From: Podarcis melisellensis
Lineage: Eukaryota
Assembly: GCA_964234715.1 (NCBI GenBank)
Contig: OZ174288.1
DNA: 64,000 nucleotides
Reading direction: 5' to 3' (one strand)
In this document: in pieces, positions 1 through 10,400 of the stretch
How positions within the stretch are numbered: the stretch's first letter is position 1
How the letters are laid out: each line of letters starts with the position of its first letter
Position numbers and translations under genes: made by a program
Notes under the pieces: generated by a model
What the model saw: the letters and a program-made list of their open reading frames with translations, nothing else
Databases searched by the model: none
Told to the model about the DNA's origin: nothing

Positions 1-2571
1 CACACGTGTTGTTTCCCAGGCCCTGTCCTTACCTGTGGTGCAGAGTCTCAAGTGGGGATCAGGAGGGGTGGCAGGGCAAAGGTAGGGCTTACTAAGTCGA
101 CTGGAGCACCTGTCAAGCAGCCAGTCTCTCATTGCAAGGAGCAGTGCTTGGCAAGCTAGCAGCTTCTTGGCCTCAAGCCTGCCTGCCCCTGCCCCACAGT
201 CAGTAGACAGGCAAGAGGACTCATCTCTCCTTGCAAATGTGCTCCAAAGGTGAGAGAAACAGCACCCATCCCATCCCATGCTTTATTCCCTAAACTCCTA
301 GTATAAACAGAAGGCAGGCGCTCTCTCAGTGAAGGGCCAATCCTGCAGGAAGTGTGGAGGGGCGTCCCTTACAAAAAATCATGCTGAGAGCCCTGAGGGG
401 TTAGGCCACTGGCAGGGAAAGCAGTAAGGGAGTTCTCAGGATGTGCCTCATGGGGTTTTATGCACCTCCAAAATAAAGGAATGGAAACTGGGGGCAGAGC
501 AACCGCCTTTGCACATTGAAAGGTCCCAGATTCAATCCCTGGGAACAGCTTAAGGGAAAAAAACAAAAAGGTCAGCTAACAGGCAGTGGAAAAGGTAGAA
601 CTGCAAAGTCATTTGAATCATTAACTGGAAGTATGACAGGACATAGGCAAGCATGCACAGATCCCACCCTTAAAAGAAATACAGCCAATTAAGAGAAAAA
701 ACGAAGCCCTAATTACAAACCATTCTGAAAGGACTTGTGCCAGCTTTATGAATGATTAATGCAATCTAATTCTGATTGCGGTCAATGAGAAATGAGAATC
801 TAAGAAGAACTCCTGGAAATGGAGTATGGAGTGGTTATGGTCCAAAATCTTTCAGGGGAGATACCACCAGGGATCGAGCCTGGGACCTTCTGTGTGTGAA
901 GCCTGAGCAGTGGTCCTCCATTGCCTTCCTTCTCAGTCAGCTTATTCAGAGCAGAGGAGGTCCCTCTGCAACCCACATCTGTGATAGACAACAGGTAGAT
1001 AATTCACACTTAAATGCAGTCTTCAGTTTGGCAGCTCCCTCCACAACTTTTAAATAACCAGGAATGAGTCTAAAGGGATTCTATATCCAGTTACTTCTTC
1101 AGTTTGACCCAATGTTTCATGTTCCAAAATTTAACAATAATTGATTTTTTTGTTAATGGACACAATCAATGTTTTGATTCTATAGGGCAGCATCCAGCAA
1201 AGTAGTGTGAGAATCTCTGGTTGTATCGCAGAGCTCCCTCCTCACTTTCTTCTCCCCATGCACCCCCTAAATCTGTTCCAGAATCCCTACCCCACTCTGA
1301 ACGGCATTAGGGGACAACACAGGCAGAGGGAGGGGAAGTTCCATTGCACAAACAGAACAATGGAACCACACGTAATCTCTCCTGCAGAGTCAAACCGCTG
1401 CATTGGCAGCTCTGAAGTGACCTTCCATGGAGCGCAAGCCTGGACAGTGCGTATGGAGGTCCTTATCTCCCAGGTGACACCCTCTTGGCCTTGCTGATGT
1501 GGTCCAAAGGAAAGCAAAACAATACATTTGGCACCAGCTTGGTTGCCAGAAGCAGGTGTATGAGGTGCTATTCTTTCTTTGTAGGGTTTACTCCTTTTCT
1601 TGTCCTGAAGATATCCCACAAGGCAGTGGAGGTTTAGGATCAGTGTCTTCCTTCTCCTTGGTAGGCTACCTTCCCAGGTTGACGAGCCACATCTGACCCT
1701 CACTCCCTCTACTACAGCATGTGCAGAAACCGCCTCCTGACTGTTGGACCCACTACTGGTCTCGTCTGCTCAATCCACTGGAGCCTGTCTTCGCATGCAG
1801 AGAAAGTCCCTAACTCATGGAGGGTTTGAGACCCATCGGTTACCCTCATCAAAAGGTGTAGATCTAGGCAGTGACAAAACCCTGAGTGTTACAAATGCAA
1901 CCAAGAACACCAGTGACACTATTAGGAAGCCAACTGCAAACTTTTGTTGCCTACAGCTTGGGGGTTTCCCACAGGGTTAGGGTTCGGTACCTGGTTGGCC
2001 ACTGTGAAAACAGGATGCTGGCTAGATCCAGTAGGCTCTTCTTACATTCTTATAGTAGATGCATATTATCTAGCCCAGTAAAACCCATACTCAAGAGGTA
2101 CTCCTGGATTCTTGGCTGTTTGTTCTGTAGAAGCCTGCCCCCCGCCCCCACCAATATGGGATGCTGCCCAGAAAGCGCTTGTCTGTCTCTCCTGATGTTG
2201 AACACAGCAGGTGCCTGGATTCTGAGGCCTGCCTTGGTGTAAAAAGCCCCCTGGGCCTTTCTCCTGAGCTGAAGACCCCGCTGGGGAGGCTCCTGACCAC
2301 ATCGTTTCCCCCCACTACTAGGCCAAACTCTGGCCCCTCCCATTAGCCAGGTCGCTTCCCTAATGGATCTTCCCTGCCCCCAGCTTGGCAAGGTCCCTGC
2401 AGAGGCAAGCCGTTAAGTGCAGCCTGGCCTAATGGCGCAGGGAGGTGCTTGATGGTACCCGGTAATGGATGCGGGAGCCAGGCAGCTCTGTGTGGTTTCT
2501 CTGCTTTCCCTCCCTAGGAGGAGACAGTCAGAGCTGCCTCAGCCTTCAACACTGCTGCCGCTGCCGGGAAG

Positions 2572-4260
2572 ATGCTGCTCTTGCCCTGCCTGCTGCTGCT
2601 GGCCTTTCTCAGGACAGGTACCTGCATCTGGTCTCCCTTCTCTCCCTTCCCCACCAGCCCAGTAGCCCCCCAGGAGCTCCAACTTGCCATGCCAAAACCT
2701 CACTTTGAAATTGCAGTCTCTATAGCCTCCCAGGGGCTTCTCAGCCCATGTGCAGATCTGCTTCGAGCAAGACTCTAATTCTTAGGGGCTTCAGGGCCAT
2801 CTTAGAGCTAAGTAAAAGCCCTGTTTGTAGGGTGCCACTTGCTCTGGGGTGTCCCATCAGCTGGAGGAAGGAATCAAGCCAGGATCCAAGCATGTTGACA
2901 AGGAATGATGGGCCTGTGTTTGTGTGCATGACAATTGGGAGTGCGTGTGTGAATGTGTTTGAGACAGAGAGTTAAGCTTGTGTTCATAGGCCAGTTTGCC
3001 TGCAAGTGCTCTGCTCAGTTTCCCAGTCAGTAGGAGGAAAACCTTTCCCAGCTCCTTGCATCTTGCAACCCAAGGACAACTTCACCAGACAGACCAAAAG
3101 TCTGCCTTGCCAATGCAGATCTGTCTGATCAGAACTGGGTACCCTCAAATCCCTTAGCACAGAACCAGTCACCTTCAGTCTTTACTGGGTTTGGCTTTAC
3201 TCTTTATGGGAAACAAATGTCCCTGGACCCTGGGTGCTGGTTGTTTGATCTGGCTCAGGGCAGGAAGTGGTTCTCCTCTAGCAGAAGTGGCTGCGACTTT
3301 GCAGCCTTAATTATTAGGATACTTTCCCTCGCTGTTCAGCCCGCTTCCACAGCACTGCCAACTACTCTATTGCCATGCGACGGAAGAGACGCTGAAACGG
3401 CAGTCCCTGGGCTCGCCTGCCCCCTCCCCGGGGTCCTCCTGTGTGGGCTTTCAGCAGGGCTGAAGCGGCAGTATCCTCCCCCCTCCCCGCAATTCTCCCG
3501 CGAGCCCCGGCAGGGAGGGCAGCCCCCCGAGCACCCCGCTTGTTCCAATCGCTTCCTCTTTCCAGCTGGTACCCAAAACGTGCACCTTTGCGAGGGCTAC
3601 CTGGACCCCGCCGGGTTCCACCACGCCGGCTTCTACTGCCCACGCCTCACCGACCCCCCGACCCACGCCTACTGCTGCCTGCCTGCCGCCTCTCGCCGCT
3701 TCAAGTCCTGCTGCCCACGGCCCGAATTTGAGAGACTCCGCGGCAATGCCTCGGCTTCTGCTCCGCCAGCCGCGCCCCGGTGAGATGCCCTTGTGGGGGG
3801 ACGGACGGAAGGGGCGGCGAGGGGGGTTGGGGGTTCCCCTCTGCCCCTCTTCCTCCCTCCCTTCCGTCTGAGCCCGCTTTCCCTCCACAGGAGCCCGCTG
3901 GGGCCGCTGCTGGGCGTGGGGCTCTACGGCTGCCTCGTCCTGGCCCTCATGACCGTCGACTTCCTTCACTTCTACCGCCTCCACCAGCGCAGCTTCCACC
4001 GCCTCCTCCACCGACGAATCCTCGGGAGGTGCCCCTGCAAGAAACAGGAAACCGGCAAGAAGGCACGCGGGGCGGGCGGGGCGGGAGGTGGAGCAGCTCC
4101 GCTCGCGGGCCGCCCGGTCTCTTCTCCGCTGGGCGCTCCAAGGGAGGCGCTGCCAGCACGTGGGTCGGCTAGGGAGCGGCTGTCGCGCTCGCGTGGCGTC
4201 ACTAGAGCGCGCCATGGAGGAGACGTCGGTGAGTGGGGTGGGCGGTGGGAGCCCAGCTGA
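2572..4260 (+). CDS. Shisa-like single-pass membrane protein (SHISAL1/KIAA1644-like paralog), 3 coding exons, 209 aa
   Basis: Exons 2572-2617 (MLLLPCLLLLAFLRT, AG|gtacct, phase 1), 3566-3779 (ttcctctttccag|, CG|gtgaga, phase 2) and 3891-4260 (ccctccacag|). Phases match at both junctions, total 630 nt. The ectodomain HLCEGYLDPAGFHHAGFYCPRLTD..YCC..FKSCC..EF and TM segment LLGVGLYGCLVLALMTVDFLHFY resemble recalled SHISAL1 motifs (CEPYTD..HFGFHCPRLSD..CC..FKYCC..EF; LLGVWIYG). An acceptor at 2516-2517 implies an upstream non-coding exon. Confidence 0.8.
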
Positions 4261-4480
4261 CCCCCAAACCGAATCGCTCATCCACCCCGCCCCTCTTATC
4301 TCCGCAGGTCCCGGAGCTCCGCCGGGAGGGCAACGAGCTCTTCCAGACAGGCCGCTATGAAGAGGCGCTGGCCGCCTACACCCGGGCCCTCAGCCTCTGC
4401 CCTGGGGATGGCGAGGAGCCCGACCCGCACCGCGCTGTCCTCCACCGCAACCGCGCCGCCTGCCACCTCAAGCTGGTGAG
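3400..4480. promoter_or_regulatory. CpG island spanning Shisa-like exons 2-3 and the UNC45A promoter/first exons
   Basis: Dense CG dinucleotides. GC boxes (ggggcgggcggggcggg, ~4069-4085) lie ~130 bp upstream of the UNC45A ATG. Confidence 0.7.
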
Positions 4481-7400
4481 TGGGGAAGTGAGGAAAGCGG
4501 GAGGGTTGCCCGAGTTATGGGAGCCCCCAAGGGGCATTGCCAGCCTGCCTACCTGCCGCTCACTTCTGCAGGAGGAGAAAAGCTGGACACTCTTGGGGAA
4601 AATTTAAGGGATTATTCCCACGTGTCTTTTCTTCTTAAAATTCTCAAGTGACGTAGCACGCATCAGAAGGTAGCAGGCATTGTGTGTGTGTGAGTTTCCC
4701 CCTAAATGGCCACAGAGCTTCCCTGTGCCCCCAGTGTCAACGTTTCTGTGCATCTCTCATTTTAACTATGCTGAGCCCCTTTAGGTGGACTTCTTTTCAC
4801 CCTGCTGCTCCTTAGAAGGTGAGGTGCCTTTATGCACAGTCAAGGGGAGCCCTCGGGGCATGGCTGTCTGGCTATGAGGTACTGAGAAGACAGTGGCGGA
4901 GAGGCCAGCCTGATGCCTTGCCTCCTCCTCCTCCTCCTCCTCCTCCTCCTCCTCCTCCTGTAACCTGTAGAGAATTTAGGATTTGACAGATGTCCCCCAG
5001 AAAGGTGGTCAGGGCTGTCATTTTCAGCCTGAGCTCCTCTTGAGTATTTTCTTTTACGCTCACTCTCCACTCCCTTATATCTCCTTTCACCAATGCCTCT
5101 CTGGCATTCTGCTTCTTTTGCAGGAGGACTATGTCCAGGCAGAACTGGATGCTTCTAAAGGTGAGCTGCAAGGGGTGGGGTGGGGGATTACGCTCCTTCC
5201 AGAAGTCTCTTTCTCTGCAGAAGCCTCTTTGCTGCCTCTTAATACTTTCTTGCCTGTTCACAGCCATAGAAGCTGATGGGCACGACGTGAAGAGCCTCTT
5301 CCGGCGCAGCCAAGCCCGGCAGAAACTGGGCCGCCTCGACCAGGCCCTCCTGGACCTGCAGAGGTGTGTGAGCCTGGAGCCCAAGAACAAGGCCTTCCAG
5401 GAGGCTCTGCGCAACCTTGGCAGCAGCATGCATGAGAAGGTAGGAGAAGCATCGGGGGGGGGGGGCGGAGTAGGGCATTTCCAGGGTAGGCACCTCCCTT
5501 GTGGGGCAGCCTAGCTCTCCACCCAGGAAGGATTCTCGGCTTCAGGTGTGTACTGGGCTTCTGAAGTATGACTGTGGGGTTTCTCACCAACTGCCTGTTT
5601 GCCTCAGATGACAGCCATGTCCCGCACAGACTCCAAAGTGGAGCAGATGTTTAAGTTGCTATTGGACCCTGAAGAAAAAGATCTGGACAAGAAACAAAAG
5701 GTACTCATCTAACCAGTAAGCGAGTGGGAGGTGTGATGTGCTCTGATGAAGAGCAACTTTGCGTGTGCTGCAACTGTACATATATGGGATGCAATTGTAG
5801 AATTAGGCAGTCTCCGGTTCTGTTTTCTATTTCAAAATGCAAGTTTTGTATTTCCAAAGTTGCCTGTAGGCAAAAGCCAGAGCGAGGGTTTCTGATGCCT
5901 GGATCAGGATACCTGAGGGAGGAAGGGAGGAGGACTTTGAGTCATTATACCGTAACTTCCTTTTCTGTGACTGACAAAACCAGAATATATTAGGGTGGTG
6001 CTTATTTTAATATGATCAGTCTCAGTCAAGAGTGATTCATTCTGTCTCATGGGATTTGTATACCGCCCTTCATCCAACAATCACAGGGCGGTTCATAACA
6101 TAAAGTCATGCTAATGTTGATGGGAGTTACAGTGCAGCAGCACCTGGGGGGACTCTGCAGGCTTCCCAGCTCTGCCCAATGAGGAGATCCCCACCACCAT
6201 GGCTCTTAGAGAAGCAAGGACAATGGAGTTATTATGGGCCAGAATCTCCAAACCTCTCCAGCTCTAAATTCTGGCTGTGCCCCTCCAACAACTGTGTGGC
6301 CTGATGGGGAGCGGTTAAAGCGAGCCCCTTTGTCCAGCTAACTGGCTCTTCTCCTGTCCAGGCAGCTCAGAATTTGATTGTTTTGGCTCGTGAGGAGCCT
6401 GGTGCTGAGAAGATTTTCCAGAACGACGGGGTGCGCCTCCTGCTCCAGCTGCTGGATACAGGTCGGGTGGACACGGTGCTAGCAGCTGTGCGAACCCTCA
6501 CTGGCCTTTGCAGTGGGCATCGTTCTCGGGTATGTCCACTTTTTAAGATGAAAGCTTCTTCACTCTTTTTTTTGGGGGGGGGGTTAACAGGTTCAGTCCG
6601 TTTGCTGACAGGTTATGTATAAAACACTCTCCAAAACCTGTTGCTTCAAGGGCACGCCACTACTCCGAGGGTGTGTGTGCCTGGAACTTGTCCCTGACCT
6701 TGTACTGCATCTTTGAAATGCCTCAGGAGGTCAGGGGCAAACCAAGTGATCTCTTCTGTCTCCCTACAGTACAGAGCCAGGGAGGGGCTGCAGACGCACT
6801 TGGGCTTTCTCTGCCTCTGCACCTGCTTATAGGTTGCCACCCCATTCTCCTGGCAGGCACAGAGTTGAGTTTTCGCCCATGTTTCAGGCTGGGGAAGGGG
6901 ATGGAATCACCCCTCTCTCTCTGCTCCTCCAGTGTTGAGAGGAAACCTTGGGCTTCCTATTTGCTGGAGTCTGGCTAACCACCAGTGATTCACAAAGAGT
7001 GCTCTCCAACAGTTCCTTCTCCAGTGACACGTGGGGTACTGCAGGGTTCTGTCCTGGGCCTGGTGTTGTTCAACCTCTTGGAATGGACACCCTCCAGGTG
7101 GTGGACTCTCCTTCATTGGAGGCTTTAAAGCAGAGTTTGGATGGGCACCTGTCAGGAATACTTTAGTTGTGATTCCTGCATTTCAGAGGGTTGAACTGGG
7201 TGCCTTCCAACCCTACAATTCTATGATCACCTACTGTGGCGGACAGAGAGCTAGCAAGACTGTTGAATCCTCAAGTAATGCATGCTGCAAGATAACCTAG
7301 ATATATAAACCAGTGAACTCTGTCTCCTTGGGTAAGTTTATGGGTCCCCAGAGTTCCTACTGACAAACCACAGTTACACTTGTGGAGTTGTCTACTAGGC

Positions 7401-10400
7401 AGGTATCCAGCTCTGCTCTGAGCGTTGTGGGGAAGGTAACTGGTTCTTGAGAGACAGGCCTAGATTCCTCCCCAAGTCTCAGTGGATGCTGCCCTTCTTT
7501 CAGACGGCAGTGATCCTGGCTGAGCTGGGGCCGCAGCGCCTCTTTGCTATCCTAGAGATGGAGGACGAGCAAGTCTCGCTGGCAACCTACAGCCTGCTGC
7601 AGGTTATGTTTGATGCCCTCAAGGAGGGGCTGCAGAGGGATGTGCGTGGCAAGGAGGAAGCTGTTGTCTTGGGTGAGTCTCTTGGGTGCCTCCCTGATGG
7701 GCTGAGCATCCACTTGGTGTCGTGCCAAGCTCATCTTCGTGCTGATACCTTGGGTGGAGCTGGGCTGTGAATGCTGGCCTGGAGCAGAGGAGGCTCAGAC
7801 CTCCTCCACTCTGATTCTGCTCCTGTAGATACATCCAAAGAGCTGAAATTGCTCCTCAAGCAGCTGCTGGAAGCCCTGACACGGGAGAGCATTTCCTCCT
7901 ATGGCCGGGACAGCATCCTCAACCTGCTGATCAGTGTGGTGCCCCGGAAGTCGCTGAAGGACCCCAACAACTGCCTGACCCTCTGGGTCATTGACCAGGG
8001 TACGTCTAGCCCATTCCCGAGCCCCTCCTCTTCCTGGCCTGGGTCACTTGCCAGCGCCAGTGAGCATGTCTGTCCTCGCTAGGTTTCAAGCAGATCCTGG
8101 AGGTGGGGGGCACAGTGAGCCACAGTCCTGGGGGCCTGCGGGTGACAGAGAACACCCTCATGAGCGCAGCCGTCCTCCTCAGCAAGCTCTATGGGGACCT
8201 GAAGTGCGATGGGGAGCGGGAGAATTTCCACCGGCTCTGCGAGGACTATGTCAGGTAGGTCTGTGACTGACTCGGGGGCCGCCCCCTGCTGCTTCTGAAA
8301 GGGGGTGCTGGGAAGGCATGGGGGGGCCAATGAAGTAGTGCAGAAGTGGTGGGGAGTGATGCTCAGCGCCTAGCTGCTGACAGACATTGAAAGCGTCACA
8401 ACAGCCCACCAGCTTGGCCAGAGACACCCAGTTACTGTAGTTCATGTACTGGTTGCTTCAAGACTGGATTACTGCAGTGCGCTCTATATGGGGCTTCCCT
8501 TGCACCTGATCTGGAAGCTGAAGCTAGCACAGAATGCTGCAGCTTGATTGCTGAAAGGAGCAAAAACTTGTCAGCATATAGCACCCATGCTCAGAGATCT
8601 GTACTGGTTGCTGATTTGCTACCGAGACAAGTTCAAAAGGTTACTATTAGTATGCAAAGCCCTTAATAATTTACCTGTGAGATTGCCTTAACCCAGATAT
8701 GCTCACTCGACCACTTCCATCTGCAGAATTGGCACTGTTCCAAGTGCCATATATTACCCGTTCTGCATTTATAAGAAATGGATCTTCTAGTGTGGCGATA
8801 TCAGGCAGGCGCCTTCATTCTACTCTTTGCGGCGTCTGCTGAAAACATTTTTGTGTAGTAAGCCTACCCATATATTTAAAACGCTGGTGTGTTTTTAGTT
8901 TATTGCTGGTTTTAATTTTTAGAATGTGTTGTTTGTACTAATAATCTTACTGTTTTATTCTTTTTATAAACTACTTTGAGGTTTTCTACAATCACGTGAT
9001 ATATAGATGTTATGAAATAAATACATAATAGTGGGTGGGAGGAGGACTTTTGCTGCCAGAAGGTGCCGTTGGTTGATCTCAGATTTGAGACTCCAGCCTT
9101 CTTTCTGGTGCAGAGCTTGGGGTTTCAGCTTTGGAATGTCTGTGGCAGCTTCCTGGCTTCTCCTGATGAGCTGCCTTTCTTTCACCTCCCAGGGGCTGGT
9201 TCCAGGACCACGGCGTCCCTGGGAAATTGCGGGCCATCCAGACGGCCTCCTGTCTCCTGCAAGGCCCCTCCGAGGCTGGGAACAGGGTGCTGGAGCTGAG
9301 TGGCATCATGGAGAGCATTCTGGCCTTGTGCGCCTCGTCGCAGGAGGCCGACCAGCTTGTGGCCGTGGAGGCCCTGATCCATGCTGCCGACAAGGCCAAG
9401 CGGGCCACCTTCATCACTGCCAATGGGGTGACACTACTGAAGGAGATCTACAAGCACAGCGAGCGCGACAGCATTCGCATCCGGGCCCTGGTGGTGAGCA
9501 AGAGGCAGCAGATCTTGGAGAAGGAGGGAGCCATTTTCTGGCTGCAGTGGGACCCCACACTGTTCCTCTTCCATCTTCCCAGATTGAAGGAAGTTCTGGG
9601 GTCAGGTGGCAACTGCGGCACATCACGGTTTCTCTTTCCAGGGCCTCTGCAAATTGGGCTCGGCGGGGGGCACAGATTTCAGCATGAAGCAGTTTGCGGA
9701 AGGCTCTACCCTGAAGCTGGCCAAGCAGTGCCGGAAGTGAGTGAGCGCTGCTTTCTTCCCCCATGTCCCAGGCGCTTTAGCCTCTTCTGTGCCACGTGAC
9801 TGCCTTCCCCTTTAGAAGGAGGTCAGGCTGCCTGTCCCTTTCTCAAAATTTTGGGGGCTGGTGGGAGCTGACAGATGACAAGAATGAGTCCCTCTGGCAG
9901 CTGCACAACAGACCATGCCCCACTGAAGCCTGGGGTGGTGGGGCTTCCTATGCTCCTTGCCCACTAGGGTCTCAGCTAGTAGAGGCACTAGGGATGGATC
10001 CTGATTCTCCTTCTCCTGCTTCCAGGTGGCTGTGCAATGAGGCCATTGATGCCGGCACCCGCTACTGGGCAGCTGAGGGACTGGCCTTCCTCTCCTTGGA
10101 TGCGGACGTTAAGGAGGAGCTCCTGGAGGACAAGGCTGCTCTGCAGGCTCTTTTCTGGCTGGCCAGGGTGAGGTCCTCTTCCAAAAGGGAGGGCAAAGTG
10201 GGTGGGTGGGAGGAATGGGCAGCTGGGCATGTCCAGAGGCTCTTATTGCCTCTGCCTTGTTTATGTTCAATTTCCCTTGCTTAGGAATAGCAACCCAGCT
10301 GTAGTATATGGTACCCAGTAATTTGTAGAATTGTAGAATTGGAAGAGGTCCCAAGGCTCATCTAGTCCAATCCCTGCAATGCAGGAATTACAGCTAAAAA

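Noticed and set aside
1-310. Splice-donor-like sites (minus AG|gtaag at ~33; plus AAG|gtgaga at 250) and TATAAA at 302
   Set aside because: No recognisable protein or partner exon in the window. The plus donor could belong to a 5' UTR exon of the Shisa-like gene, but nothing here supports that.
490-930. tRNA-like B-box sequences (gattcaatccctgg; gggatcgagcctgggacc)
   Set aside because: Decayed SINE heads; no full cloverleaf.
3451-4281. 276-aa minus-strand ORF antisense to the Shisa-like gene
   Set aside because: Shadow of GC-rich coding sequence and CpG island; no recognisable domain.
3891-4308. In-frame Shisa-like::UNC45A fusion giving a membrane-anchored UNC45A
   Set aside because: The 4228 donor is phase 1 in the Shisa frame while UNC45A exon 2 needs phase 0. 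The other GT sites I checked in the exon (4029, 4088, 4160) are phase 2 or 1.
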